A DNA stretch of 64,000 bases from Candidatus Nanopelagicales bacterium. Its GTDB lineage: Bacteria; Actinomycetota; Actinomycetes; S36-B12. Each line of letters starts with the position of its first letter. Positions within the stretch are counted from its first letter, which is position 1. Shown here in pieces: positions 22,866 to 34,702 of the stretch. The notes under the pieces were generated by a model. It made no database searches and was not told the DNA's origin. It saw only the letters and a list, made by a program, of their open reading frames with translations. The stretch is from assembly GCA_018402235.1 (NCBI GenBank), contig JAGYJJ010000002.1:92069-156068 (forward strand), read 5' to 3'. Made by a program: the position numbers and the translations under genes.

Positions 22866-24349
22866 GCGTCGGGCGCCTTGCGATCGTTTTGCATTCGCAT
22901 TCGCCGTGGCTCCTGGGGTACGGCACGTGGCCGGTCGGTGAGGAATGGCTTCGACAGGCCTGGGCCCACTCCTATCTGCCTGTCGTCTCGATGCTGCGTG
23001 CGCGCGCCGAAAGAGGCCACTCAGCGATGCTCACGTTGGGAGTAACGCCGGTTCTGGCGGCTCAATGGGATGAGCCGTCGTCGCTGCGCGAGCAAGCACG
23101 CTGGATTGAGGACTGGCGAGTGCGCGCCACTGGCAAGGCGATCGAGGCATCGCGGACGCATGATGCCCACGCAAGCACCGATGCGGCTCGGCAGTTTGGA
23201 CTCGCAGATACCGCGGCGCGCGAATTCGCGGTTCATTGGCAAGCCGGTGGCTCCGCGGCCCTGCGCCCACTCGTCGACTGCGGAGCTATCGAAGTGCTCG
23301 GTGGTCCGATGACCCATACGTTCACCCCCCATCTTCTCGAGCCCATCGCCGATCTCGCGTTCGCAAGTGGGCTCACCGACACCGCTGTTCGCATCGGTCG
23401 GCGGCCGCGCGGTGTGTGGATACCAGAGTGCGCCTACCGGCCCGGAGTAGAGGAAATCCTGACTCGCCAGCAAGTCACGCACACGGTGGTTGATGGTCCG
23501 ACCCTGCAGCGCGCCGGCGCAGCGCTTCATCGACCACACCGCATCGGCAGCAGTGACGTTGTAGCTTTCGGTAGGGACCTGTCGCTGACCTACCGAGTTT
23601 GGTCACCACGCAAGGGGTACCCAGGTTCGCCCTGGTATCAGGACTTCCATACCTTCGATCACGCTTGGGGCGTTCGCTCATCGCGGGTGACCCAGCAAAC
23701 GTCGGCTGACAAGTTGCCCTACGACGCCGAACGTGCGCGCCAGCAAGCCCGCGGCGATGCCGCGGATTTTCTTGCAACGGCACGCCGAACGCTCATCGAA
23801 AGCACTGAAATCGATCCACTCGTTGTGGTCGCGTACGACACAGAACTATTTGGCCACTGGTGGCACGAAGGCCCACTCTTCCTCGATGCGGTTCTCGACG
23901 GCGCAGCCGATGCAGGCATCGAACTGACCACCCTGGAAAGAGAAACCGAACGCGCCGACAACGCGTCATCGATCGAAGTGAGCGCAGGCAGTTGGGGTAG
24001 CGGGAAGGACTTTCGGGTCTGGGAGGACGGTGAAGCAGGTGAACTTCGCGATATGGGCAGAGGTATGCAATACGCCGTTCTGGAATACCTGCGCTCGAGC
24101 GGGCGGACGAACCGCATCGGTCGCAATCTCATGGGCGATGCCATCACTACCGAACTTCTTTTGGGATTAGCGAGCGACTGGGCATTCATGATCACGAAGG
24201 CCTCGGCCGCCGAGTACGCCCGAGATCGCGCGCATGGACATTTTGGCTCCGTGGCGGACTTACTGAGATCGGCTCACCACGCAAGCGGCGCAACGGCGAG
24301 AGACGTGCGGATGCCTTTCGTAGATTCTCGACTAGCGACTGGGGACTAA
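22859..24349 (+). CDS. glycoside hydrolase family 57 / DUF1957 alpha-glucan branching-type enzyme (Rv3031-like, 496 aa)
   Basis: The N-terminus LAIVLHSHSPWLLGYGTWPVGEEWL is typical of GH57. The GTG start overlaps the upstream stop. Synteny with the methyltransferase and GT4 genes supports the call. Confidence 0.75.
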   Translation: MVSVGRLAIVLHSHSPWLLGYGTWPVGEEWLRQAWAHSYLPVVSMLRARAERGHSAMLTLGVTPVLAAQWDEPSSLREQARWIEDWRVRATGKAIEASRTHDAHASTDAARQFGLADTAAREFAVHWQAGGSAALRPLVDCGAIEVLGGPMTHTFTPHLLEPIADLAFASGLTDTAVRIGRRPRGVWIPECAYRPGVEEILTRQQVTHTVVDGPTLQRAGAALHRPHRIGSSDVVAFGRDLSLTYRVWSPRKGYPGSPWYQDFHTFDHAWGVRSSRVTQQTSADKLPYDAERARQQARGDAADFLATARRTLIESTEIDPLVVVAYDTELFGHWWHEGPLFLDAVLDGAADAGIELTTLERETERADNASSIEVSAGSWGSGKDFRVWEDGEAGELRDMGRGMQYAVLEYLRSSGRTNRIGRNLMGDAITTELLLGLASDWAFMITKASAAEYARDRAHGHFGSVADLLRSAHHASGATARDVRMPFVDSRLATGD

Positions 24350-25065
24350 CCCTCAGCACGCTGTGCGGCTATTCGCTGAGTTGTCGCCTCACGAGCTTTG
24401 CGCGCCATATCCGCAACATCCCTTCTCACCTGTTCGCGCTCAGTTTCGCGTTGACGCCGATCCACGAGCACCTTCGCCGGCACACCGCCGGCGATCGAGA
24501 ACTCCGGAACCTCGCCGCGGACCACGGAATTCGCCGCGATCACACTCCCCCGCCCCACATGCGACCCACGAAGGATTGTGGATTTGACCCCTAGCCAAAC
24601 GTCGGAGTCGATGATGACCGGACTCTTGATGAGACCCTGTGCGCGGATGGGAACCGAGGTCAGTTCCGTTTGATGATCGAAGTCACCGATGTAGACCCAG
24701 TCCGCAACAATGCAATCACTGCCAATGCTTACATCGAGGTGGCAGTTCACGGTGTTGTTCTGACCGAAGACACACTTGTCGCCAACACGCAGCGTTCCTT
24801 CGTGGGCGCGCAGCACGGTTCCGTCTCCCAGATGCACCCAGCGTCCCAGGATGATGCGGCCCAGATACTTGCGACGTTCGAATCGGACGCGCTTTCCCAG
24901 GAAGACCGGGCCGGTCACGATTACATCGGGGTGCGTGATGCGCAGCCGGATGAATCGCCAATATCGGATCAGGTACCAACCACTCCAAGCTCGATGCCGC
25001 AGGATCCAGCGCACCGTGGATGCACTCCACCAACGCCACACGGGCGTGCGATCGCTAGCGGACAT
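24346..25065 (-). CDS. hexapeptide-repeat (LbH) acyl/acetyltransferase (Rv3034c-like)
   Basis: Left-handed beta-helix repeats are present (VSIGSDCIVADWVYIG...IDSDVWLGVKSTILRGSHVGRGSVIAANSVV). The start is taken at ATG 25065 (MSASDRTPVW). The upstream 46 codons of the track ORF overlap the GT4 gene. Confidence 0.75.
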   Translation of the reverse strand: MSASDRTPVWRWWSASTVRWILRHRAWSGWYLIRYWRFIRLRITHPDVIVTGPVFLGKRVRFERRKYLGRIILGRWVHLGDGTVLRAHEGTLRVGDKCVFGQNNTVNCHLDVSIGSDCIVADWVYIGDFDHQTELTSVPIRAQGLIKSPVIIDSDVWLGVKSTILRGSHVGRGSVIAANSVVRGEVPEFSIAGGVPAKVLVDRRQRETEREQVRRDVADMARKAREATTQRIAAQRAEG

Positions 25066-26308
25066 CGAAGAGCAAATTTCGTTCCGGGGGTGTGGCGGCA
25101 TACGCCCACACACTCGGTGATCGCATCGGCGAATCGCAGGGGTATGCCTGAACCGTGCGTTCGGATATGGCCGCCCAACTGTGGTGGCTGCGGACATGCG
25201 CAAGGGCTGCTCGCGTTCGTCGCTTGGCTTCGTCTACCCCCTCCAGACAAGCGCCAATAGCCCCAGCCAAATCCGCGGCATCACCTGCGGTGAACCCCCA
25301 TCCGTGGGCGTCGTCGTTCAAGAACTCGATGAGGCCTCCCGAGCGGGCTGCCACCACGGGGGTACCTACGCTCGCGGCTTCAAGAGCCACGATGCCGAAT
25401 GGTTCGTAGATCGAGGGGACCACAGCCACGTCTGCCGCTGCTACCAGTGCCCGAAGGTTTGCTTCGGGCAGCCAACCGTCCAGATGCACTCGTGAGGCCA
25501 CGCGCTTGCGCTTGGCCAGTTCAGCTAGCGCCGATGATTGCGAGCCGCGGCCAGCGATCACAACTTCCACGTCCGGCCAACGTCTCTTTATGCGAGGGAG
25601 CGCTTCGATAATCGTGTGCGCACCCTTTTCCCACTCCAGCCGCCCGGTATGCACGATTAACGGCCCTTGGTGTCGCGATCGAATCTGATCACGCAATGCG
25701 GTGTCCACGAGCGTCGCCGAGGTGTCCACTCCATTGGGGACCACCACCGAATTAGTCATCTCAAAGAGTCGATCGACTTCCCACTTCATGTGTTCACTGC
25801 ACACCAGAACTCGATCGGCTTCATGCACCGACCACCCTTCGATGCTGTGAATCGCCCGCGATAGCGAACCGGGTAACCAGCCTTGATGGCGACCTGCTTC
25901 CGTTGCATGGATCGTGTGAACCCATGGAACACCCCACGCCCGACTCACCAAAGATGCGGCGTGTGCGGTTAACCAATCGTGGGCATGGACCACATCAGCA
26001 GACCACTCACTGCGGAGTTCGAGGCCAGCCCTGGTCATGGCAGAAGCGAGTCCGCTCACCCAACCGAGAAGTGCTTCGGCTTCGAAGGGAACGTAGGGAG
26101 CATCGCGCACAACACGGATCACGCGCACCCCGTCCAGGATTTCATCCGTTGGGGGCGTCACACCATTATCGGCCCCTATTCCGACGTGCGAGATCACCAC
26201 AACCTCGTGCCCGGCTCGAACCTGTTCCCGGGCGATGGCGAAGACATGACGCCCAAGCCCGCCGTAAACGACCGGCGGATACTCCCAGGACAAATGACAA
26301 ATGCGCAC
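25055..26308 (-). CDS. GT4-family alpha-glucosyltransferase (glycogen-synthase-like, Rv3032-like, ~417 aa)
   Basis: Homology starts at VRICHLSWEYPPVVYGGLGRHV. GTG 26308 shares one nt with the upstream TAG. The C-terminal EPFGIVALEA motif is present. Confidence 0.8.
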   Translation of the reverse strand: MRICHLSWEYPPVVYGGLGRHVFAIAREQVRAGHEVVVISHVGIGADNGVTPPTDEILDGVRVIRVVRDAPYVPFEAEALLGWVSGLASAMTRAGLELRSEWSADVVHAHDWLTAHAASLVSRAWGVPWVHTIHATEAGRHQGWLPGSLSRAIHSIEGWSVHEADRVLVCSEHMKWEVDRLFEMTNSVVVPNGVDTSATLVDTALRDQIRSRHQGPLIVHTGRLEWEKGAHTIIEALPRIKRRWPDVEVVIAGRGSQSSALAELAKRKRVASRVHLDGWLPEANLRALVAAADVAVVPSIYEPFGIVALEAASVGTPVVAARSGGLIEFLNDDAHGWGFTAGDAADLAGAIGACLEGVDEAKRRTRAALAHVRSHHSWAAISERTVQAYPCDSPMRSPSVWAYAATPPERNLLFDVR

Positions 26309-27237
26309 TACGGCCGGACTCCAGTAACGGACACGTTGTAGAAAACGTCGGCGGGAACAACTCGCGACAGCACCACGCGGTCGAGGGCATTGAGCCGCTG
26401 CCACGTGCGATACGCGAAACTCGCCCATCCCCAACCAAGAGCTCCCGGACGTACCGCAGCCTCGAAGGTGCGCACCGGCCAACCGAACCAAGCTGCAGTG
26501 AGTTCTTGGGTGGCAGTTCGAACATCCACCGCACCCGCGCGCATGCACGCCGCCGCCAACCGATCAGGATCGAAGGTGTGCAAGTCGACGATGGCTTCGA
26601 GAGCCGCCTCCCTCGAGGACTGCTCGAGTTCTTCGGGTGATCGCGCCCATGACGACGGTACGCCGGGCAAAGTGGCCACACGCCTTGCTGCCCACCAGGT
26701 TGCGTGGGACAAACGACGCGCAACGAAGTCGCCCTTACGCGTGGGTTCACCACAGATCACGAATCGACCACCGGGCTTCAAAATTCGAATGATTTCCCGC
26801 AGCGCGACATCGACATCGGGGATGTGATGCAAGAAGGCGTGACCCACCACGAGGTCGAACTGCCCATCGTCGAAGGGCATAAATTCAACGTCCGCCACAT
26901 TGCCCGTCACATCCAAACCCAATGCCTGCCCATTGTGGACCGCCTGCGCAACCATGCCTGCGGAGATGTCAGTGATGGTTCCGCGCTTAGCCACGCCGGA
27001 CTGCATCAGGTTCAAAAGGAAAAAGCCGGTGCCGCCACCCACTTCTAATGCTGACTCAACAGTTTCGAAAGGCTCGCCACCAACTGCTTCATCGAAGATG
27101 TCGCGGGCGTAGTCAATACAGCGATCGTCGTAGGAAATGCTCCACTTGTGGTCGTACGTAGATGCTTCCCAGTCGTGGTAGATGACGTTGGCAAGTTTCG
27201 GGTCTGCCCAAGCAGCATCGATCCGGTCGGCGGTCAT
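26308..27237 (-). CDS. class I SAM-dependent methyltransferase (Rv3037c-like, 309 aa)
   Basis: The SAM motif LEVGGGTGFF and LKPGGRFV are present. Position in the cluster supports the call. Confidence 0.8.
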   Translation of the reverse strand: MTADRIDAAWADPKLANVIYHDWEASTYDHKWSISYDDRCIDYARDIFDEAVGGEPFETVESALEVGGGTGFFLLNLMQSGVAKRGTITDISAGMVAQAVHNGQALGLDVTGNVADVEFMPFDDGQFDLVVGHAFLHHIPDVDVALREIIRILKPGGRFVICGEPTRKGDFVARRLSHATWWAARRVATLPGVPSSWARSPEELEQSSREAALEAIVDLHTFDPDRLAAACMRAGAVDVRTATQELTAAWFGWPVRTFEAAVRPGALGWGWASFAYRTWQRLNALDRVVLSRVVPADVFYNVSVTGVRP

Positions 27238-27243
27238 CGATCC

Positions 27244-28024
27244 TCAGCGCCCAGTGAATTCGGCCTGACCGGGGCCATTCGCAAGGAAGGACTCCATTCC
27301 TATCCGCTGATCTTCGGTGGCAAAGAGTGCGGCGAAGTGCGCCCGCTCGATCTCCAAACCTGTCGCGAGATCCACTTCCAGGCCGGTGTCGATCGCCGCC
27401 TTGGCGGCCTGCAGAGCGATTCGCGGCCCCTTGGCTAACGCCCGTGCCCAGGACACCGCTTCTTCGTACACAGCATCCGGGGCACAAACCTTGTCCACCA
27501 AGCCGATCGTTAGCGCCTCCGCCGCATCGACGAAGCGGCCGGAGAAGATCAGATCCTTGGCCCGAGCTGGCCCCACTAGTCGCGGCAAACGCTGGGTGCC
27601 TCCAGCTCCAGGAATGATCCCTAGCGCTATTTCCGGCTGCCCCACCTTCGCGTTGTCGCCCATCACCCGAAAGTCGCAGCACATCGCCAGTTCCAGACCA
27701 CCACCGAGCGCGTAGCCGGTAACTGCGGCAATCGTCGGCTGGGGGACGGCTGCTACGGCGGAGAAAGCCGAACGCAGGCTGCGCGAGGCAGAGGCCATGT
27801 CGGCGTACGACATCGAAGACATTTCGGCTGATGTCCGCGCCCGCCGCAAACACTTTTGGCCCACCGAAGAGCACGACAGCGCCAACTTCGGCGTTCCCAG
27901 CGACCGATTGCGCAGCGTCGCCGATCTCCTGCTGCACCTGGGCGTTCAACGCATTCATGGGGGGCCGATCCAAACGGATAGTGGCCACGCCCGAATCGAT
28001 CGATACATCCACGAACTCCGCCAT
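27244..28024 (-). pseudogene. enoyl-CoA hydratase/isomerase (crotonase) family, frameshifted as sequenced near 27825-27830
   Basis: The N-terminus MAEFVDVSIDSGVATIRLDRPPMNALN...FAAGADI is in the frame of track ORF 27113..28222. The continuation EMSSMSYADM...TGYALGGGLELAMCCDFRV... is in the frame of ORF 27244..27885. Removing one C restores ADISEMSSM. ATG 28036 is an alternative start. Confidence 0.75.
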
Positions 28025-28101
28025 GGCAGTCCCCATCCTTCCCCTCACTAGCGCTCGAGCGTAGCCGTCAGCACGCGATCGCATCGCGATACGGTCCTGC
28101 C

Positions 28102-30194
<2,093 letters not shown>

Positions 30195-30196
30195 GT

Positions 30197-30277
30197 CCTC
30201 GGATCATTTGCCCTCGGATCATTTGCCCTCGGATCATTTGCCCTCGGATCATTTGCCCTCGGATCATTTGCCCTCGG
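30197..30277. repeat. perfect 15-bp tandem repeat CCTCGGATCATTTGC x5 plus a 6-nt partial copy, intergenic between glgX and the aldo/keto reductase
   Basis: Seen directly. Copies start at 30197, 30212, 30227, 30242 and 30257, with the partial at 30272-30277. It begins 3 nt after the glgX stop and ends 18 nt before the AKR ATG. Confidence 0.95.
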
Positions 30278-30294
30278 GGAATAGGCTCGGGTGC

Positions 30295-31293
30295 ATGGAG
30301 TTCCGCCACCTGGGCCGCAGTGGCCTGAAAATCAGCGCCCTCACATACGGCAACTGGATCACGCATGGGTCCCAAATCGACGATGCCACGGCGCAGGCAA
30401 CCATCCACGCTGCACTCGATGCCGGCATCACCTCATTCGACACCGCCGATGTGTACGCCGGCACGCGAGCCGAGGAAGTAATGGGAGCAGCGCTGCGCAG
30501 CCAGCGTCGCGAAGGCATCGAGATCTTCACCAAGGTCTACTGGCCTACGGGTCCGGGCGTGAATGACCGCGGGCTGTCGCGAAAGCACATCATGGAATCG
30601 TGCGAGAACTCGCTTCGCCGGTTGCAAACCGATTACGTCGATCTGTATCAAGCTCATCGTTTCGACTACGAGACTCCGCTCGAAGAGACCATGCGCGCCT
30701 TCGACGATCTGGTGCGCCAGGGCAAGGTCCTGTACGTGGGAGTTTCCGAGTGGAAGGCCGAGCAAATCCGCGAGGCACTCGGTATCGCATCAGAGATGGG
30801 CTTCGATCGCATCATCAGCAATCAGCCTCAGTATTCGATGCTGTATCGCGTGATGGAAGCCGACGTAGTTCCTACGTGCGAGGAGTTGGGAGTCAGTCAG
30901 ATCGTTTGGTCGCCCATGGCACAAGGGGTGTTGACCGGCAAGTACCTGCCCGGACAGCAGCCACCAGCTGGTTCCCGGGCATCCGGGGGTGAGGGAGCTT
31001 CGATGATCGAGCGCTGGATGCGCGACGACGTACTCCAGGCCGTTCAACGACTCGCCCCGATCGCCCAGGACATGAATCTGACGCTCCCCCAGCTGGCGAT
31101 TGCCTGGGTGTTGCGCAACCCCAATGTCGCAACCGCCATCATCGGCGCCTCGCGTCCCGAACAGATCGACGAGAACGTCAAGGCTGCCGGCGTGTCACTT
31201 CCCGACGACGTCATGAGCGCGATCGACTATGCCCTTGGGGACCTCGTAATAACCGACCCACTGCTTACCGAATCCCCTAACCCCCGACCCTGA
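30295..31293 (+). CDS. aldo/keto reductase (332 aa)
   Basis: Homology starts at MEFRHLGRSGLKISALTYGNW. DTADVYA and GVSEW are present. The upstream SDHLP-repeat extension in the track ORF is translation of the tandem repeat. Confidence 0.85.
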   Translation: MEFRHLGRSGLKISALTYGNWITHGSQIDDATAQATIHAALDAGITSFDTADVYAGTRAEEVMGAALRSQRREGIEIFTKVYWPTGPGVNDRGLSRKHIMESCENSLRRLQTDYVDLYQAHRFDYETPLEETMRAFDDLVRQGKVLYVGVSEWKAEQIREALGIASEMGFDRIISNQPQYSMLYRVMEADVVPTCEELGVSQIVWSPMAQGVLTGKYLPGQQPPAGSRASGGEGASMIERWMRDDVLQAVQRLAPIAQDMNLTLPQLAIAWVLRNPNVATAIIGASRPEQIDENVKAAGVSLPDDVMSAIDYALGDLVITDPLLTESPNPRP

Positions 31294-31312
31294 ATCAACG
31301 AAGGAGCACATC

Positions 31313-31519
31313 ATGGGATGGACCTGGCGGTACGAAACGACCAACGGCTCCCCTGTCTCACCCGCGGCCGGCGCGTCGACAGACTTCGGCAACCAGGCCG
31401 ATGCCGAGTCCTGGCTTGGTGAGGCCTTCCGGGAACTTCTCAGTCAAGGCGTGGACCAGGTGACATTGCTAGAAGACGGGAACCCCGCGTACACGATGAG
31501 CCTGCATCCGGCTGAGTAG
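31313..31519 (+). CDS. small hypothetical protein (68 aa)
   Basis: A strong RBS (GAAGGAGCACATC) precedes the ATG, composition is coding-like, and a hairpin follows. Confidence 0.6.
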   Translation: MGWTWRYETTNGSPVSPAAGASTDFGNQADAESWLGEAFRELLSQGVDQVTLLEDGNPAYTMSLHPAE

Positions 31520-31533
31520 TCCACCTTTCAACT

Positions 31534-31557
31534 AGCACCGATTTCGCGCGGTGCTTT
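31534..31557 (+). terminator. weak intrinsic terminator-like hairpin after the 68-aa ORF
   Basis: AGCACCG-ATTTCGCG-CGGTGCT followed by TTT. Confidence 0.35.
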
Positions 31558-31574
31558 GACACCGGGTGTCCTCC

Positions 31575-31765
31575 CGTGGTCGGATTCGCATCACAACTGA
31601 ATGCACGCGCTCGACGTCCAGGGGAAGCCGGTGGAAATCCGGCGCTGTCCCGCAACCGTGAGTTCACGAAGGTTCAACCCGTGAACAAGTCGGAGCACCT
31701 GGCGGGCGCGAGCGGCTCCATCCGTCGAGGTAACGGGACGAGTCCACGGGTCACCCCCTGACACG
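31575..31765 (+). ncRNA. cobalamin (AdoCbl) riboswitch aptamer; boundaries approximate
   Basis: The conserved core GGGAAGCCGGTGGAAATCCGGCGCTGTCCCGCAACCGTGA is at 31621-31661, and a B12-box-like AAGTCGGAGCACCTGGC is at 31687-31703. The order and spacing match the cobalamin riboswitch consensus as I know it (Rfam RF00174). Confidence 0.8.
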
Positions 31766-31766
31766 T

Positions 31767-31798
31767 CCCTCATGCGGCTCGCATGAGGGATTTTCGTT
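31767..31798 (+). terminator. riboswitch expression-platform terminator
   Basis: CCCTCATGCG-GCT-CGCATGAGGG is a perfect 10-bp stem, followed by ATTTTCGTT. It lies 53 nt upstream of the first operon ATG. Confidence 0.75.
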
Positions 31799-31850
31799 GG
31801 GCGGCCGCGCGGGCAGCGCTCCGGACCGCTCACACGAAGGGGATCGACCC

Positions 31851-32882
31851 ATGGTCATCCGAACGATGAAATCCGCTCTCGCGGTGGTCAGCGCCACGGC
31901 CTTAGCGATGGTAATTCTTGCCACCCCTGCCCAAGCCTCCGATACCGGTCTGTACGGGCAAACCGACCCATCCGCCGATGGTGTCTATCGGCAATCCCTA
32001 GCAATGTTGGGTCTTACAGCCGCCGGCCTCACGCCTGCCCGGTCGGCTGTGAATTGGCTCCTGAGCCAGCAGTGCGCCGATGGAAGTTTCCAGGCGTACC
32101 GCGCAGATACGTCGGCGCCGTGCGCACCGAGCGATCCGGAGGCTTTCACCGGACCCGACACGAATTCGACCGCGCTCGCCGCCATGGCCCTTGAAGCAGT
32201 CGACGAGAATCGAGCAGCAGCGCGCGCCGCTGGCGCTCTTGTTCGCGGTGCACAGACATCCGGGCGCCAATCGGCATGGCCCTACAACTTCGGTGGTACC
32301 CCCGATGCAAGTAGCACCGGCCTGGTCGTCAACGCCCTCGATTCGGTAGGTGCGAATTCGGCGACGATCGCAGGTGGCAAGCGTTGGCTTCGCGCTCGCA
32401 TCATCCCGTGTGGACGCACATATGGCGGAGCGATGCGAAACGACACTTCATCGCCCGCAGCCAACAATTTTGCCACGGCACAAGGTCTCCTCGGACTGAC
32501 CGACGCACTTCCCGTGGACGAAAAGGCCGACCCCCAGCCCAACCCACGATGCTCCGGTGCTGCAGCTACCCGGACATCGAGCTACCTCGCGCGGACATTA
32601 AGCCGCGATGGCGTCCTCACCTACTCCGGGTTCGGTGGTAAGGACTACGGATCGACGTCGGCGGCGATAATCGGCCTCGGTGGAGCCGACGTTGGCCAGC
32701 AAGGAATCCGAACAGCGGTCGCAGCTTTGAAGCGTGACGCCCGAAGCTGGATCACCACCGATGCTGGCAACAGCGTTGGCGCAGCGGGATGGCTGCTGAT
32801 GGTTGCTACGAGCACCGGTGAGAACCCTCGTTCATTCGGTGGAGTGAACCTGATCCAAGCAATCACCGGCAGCATTCGTTGA
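31851..32882 (+). CDS. secreted protein with prenyltransferase/terpene-cyclase-type alpha/alpha-toroid repeats (343 aa)
   Basis: RBS GAAGGGGA precedes ATG 31851. The signal peptide MVIRTMKSALAVVSATALAMVILATPAQA/SD is present. Repeat motifs are LLSQQCADGSFQ, WPYNFGGTPDASSTG and ATAQGLLGL. Confidence 0.7.
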   Translation: MVIRTMKSALAVVSATALAMVILATPAQASDTGLYGQTDPSADGVYRQSLAMLGLTAAGLTPARSAVNWLLSQQCADGSFQAYRADTSAPCAPSDPEAFTGPDTNSTALAAMALEAVDENRAAARAAGALVRGAQTSGRQSAWPYNFGGTPDASSTGLVVNALDSVGANSATIAGGKRWLRARIIPCGRTYGGAMRNDTSSPAANNFATAQGLLGLTDALPVDEKADPQPNPRCSGAAATRTSSYLARTLSRDGVLTYSGFGGKDYGSTSAAIIGLGGADVGQQGIRTAVAALKRDARSWITTDAGNSVGAAGWLLMVATSTGENPRSFGGVNLIQAITGSIR

Positions 32883-32893
32883 TAAGGCGGGTG

Positions 32894-33575
32894 ATGGCGT
32901 TCAGCGCGCTCGCAGCCGCGGGTGCGCTGGGCGTCCTCGCCCTGCCTGCCGAGGCCAGCACGGCCTACCGCTATTGGTCCTACTGGAACGCAGATCCCAG
33001 TTCCGCGAAGTGGGGTTATGCAACGGAAGGCAGTGGCACCCACATCCCACAAGACGGATCGGTGGAGGGTTGGCGCTTTGGCCTCGCCGGAGATTCGACA
33101 CGTATTCAACCCAGCATGCTTCCCAACTTCGAAACAATGTGCGACGGCGTAACCCCTCCCGCGGACGGCAAGCGGGTTGCCATCGTCATCGATCCCGGAA
33201 CCGCGCAGGAAGCACCGGCGGGAGAAAGACCCAGCACGGTGATAACTGAATGCGTCACTGCGGAGCTTGGAGCCACCGGGTTACAGATTCTGCAGAGCCT
33301 CGTGGACGTGCGGATGGAAGCCGGCTTCGTCTGTGGACTCGACGGTTATCCATCCCGTGAATGTGCACCACTCGTCGAACTTCCCAAGTCCGCTGAAGTC
33401 GCGATTACACAAAGAAGCGTCCGCATCCGACATCGAAGACATGAACGTGAGTTCGAGTGAACAACAGGACGTGACGTCAGATACTGGAACGCCGCTCATT
33501 AGCGCAGTGGCGATATCCATTCTGGCTCTCGTCGGCTTCGGGATCTGGCGTCATCGGAAACGAGAGCGCGTGTGA
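32894..33575 (+). pseudogene. secreted protein with a C-terminal transmembrane anchor (resembles the family NCBI names SCO2322 family protein); apparent frameshift near 33408-33414
   Basis: The signal peptide MAFSALAAAGALGVLALPAEA/ST and the domain run in one frame to ...ECAPLVELPKSAEVAITQ. That frame then reads RSVRIRHRRHEREFE*. The next frame continues plausibly with EASASDIEDMNVSSSEQQDVTSDTGTPLISAVAISILALVGFGIWRHRKRERV*, whose stop overlaps the EcfT ATG. The shift lies in an A-run (ACAAAGA). Confidence 0.55.
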
Positions 33576-34702
33576 TGGCGACAGCAACCAGCACCTTGCC
33601 GCGCGTACCCGAGCGTTTGCGTGTGCACCATGTGAACAGGTGGCTTCATCCGGTCGCGTGGTGGACGTGGGCTGCGGGCCTGGCCGTCGCCGCCAGTTCC
33701 ACCACCAATCCGTTACTGCTTGTGGGCCTCATGGTCAGTGCGGGCGTGGTGGTCGAACTTCGCAAGCCGGTAGCTCCATGGGCACGCTCATTCGGCTTCT
33801 TCGTGAAACTAGCGATCCTCGTTGTCGCGATTCGCGTCCTCGCGCAGGTTCTGATCGGTGCCCCCGGTGGCAGCATCACGGTGATGCCGCTGCCGGGCGT
33901 GGCCTTGCCGGATTTGCTGGCCGGGGTCCGACTCGGTGGCGACGTGATGCTTGAACCCGTACTTGCAGCCTTCTACGACGGCCTTCGACTGGCAGCGATC
34001 CTGGTTGTCATTGGTGCGGCCAGCTCATTGGCATCGCCAGCACGCGTCCTGAAATCCGTGCCGGCTGCCGTATACGAGGTTGGAGTGAGCGTGGTCGTTG
34101 CTGCCACTTTTCTACCGCAGCTGGTGGCCGATGTTGCCCGCGTTCGCGCCAATCGTCGACTCCGTGGGCGGCGCGAGACAGGAGTTCGGGGCTTCGCGGC
34201 GGCGTCGATGCCGGTTTTGCACGGGGCAATGGATCGTTCGATCACGCTTGCTGCGGCAATGGACTCACGCGGGTACGGTCGCGCCGGACATCGATCCGCT
34301 GCCGAACGGGCGCTGTCCACCGCAGCACTGCTTGCGGGCCTGGTGTTCGCGACCATCGGCGTGTATGGATTACTCGGAACCGGCGCCGCCACCTGGTGGG
34401 GGCCAGCTTTGGTTGTGGTGGGGATCGCCAGTGCCACGACGAGCCTGGTACTTGCTGGCCGGCGCAGCATCCGAACCCGTTATCGACCGAACGCCTGGTC
34501 TGCCAGCGACATCGGCACCGCCGCCATCGGAGTGGTGGTCGCCGGACTGTTTCTCATGGCGGCAGCGATCTCGCCAGAAACCATGACAACTTCCACCTCT
34601 CCTCCGATGTGGCCCGCACTCTCGGTTCCCGCGGTGGTGGGAGTCGTACTTGCAGCACTGCCTGCTTTCATCACACCAGCACCACCGAAGGAGGCATCGT
34701 GA
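33575..34702 (+). CDS. ECF transporter transmembrane (T) component, EcfT/CbiQ family
   Basis: 375-aa polytopic protein with the CbiQ-type motif AMDSRGY. The start overlaps the upstream stop and the stop overlaps the next GTG. Confidence 0.75.
   Translation: MATATSTLPRVPERLRVHHVNRWLHPVAWWTWAAGLAVAASSTTNPLLLVGLMVSAGVVVELRKPVAPWARSFGFFVKLAILVVAIRVLAQVLIGAPGGSITVMPLPGVALPDLLAGVRLGGDVMLEPVLAAFYDGLRLAAILVVIGAASSLASPARVLKSVPAAVYEVGVSVVVAATFLPQLVADVARVRANRRLRGRRETGVRGFAAASMPVLHGAMDRSITLAAAMDSRGYGRAGHRSAAERALSTAALLAGLVFATIGVYGLLGTGAATWWGPALVVVGIASATTSLVLAGRRSIRTRYRPNAWSASDIGTAAIGVVVAGLFLMAAAISPETMTTSTSPPMWPALSVPAVVGVVLAALPAFITPAPPKEAS

Noticed and set aside
25903-26753. 245-aa (+) and 195-aa (-) ORFs overlapping the GT4 and methyltransferase genes
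   Set aside because: They are antisense or out-of-frame to genes with clear family motifs, and have an Arg/Pro/Gly-rich composition.
30197-30277. Possible CRISPR array (also considered for 22773..22817)
   Set aside because: The units are head-to-tail with no spacers, the unit length is only 15 bp, and there are no cas genes. These are simple tandem repeats.
31556-31585. Promoter for the riboswitch operon based on TTGACA at 31556-31561
   Set aside because: No acceptable -10 (TANNNT) lies at 16-19 bp spacing. The hexamer is also the tail of the preceding hairpin.
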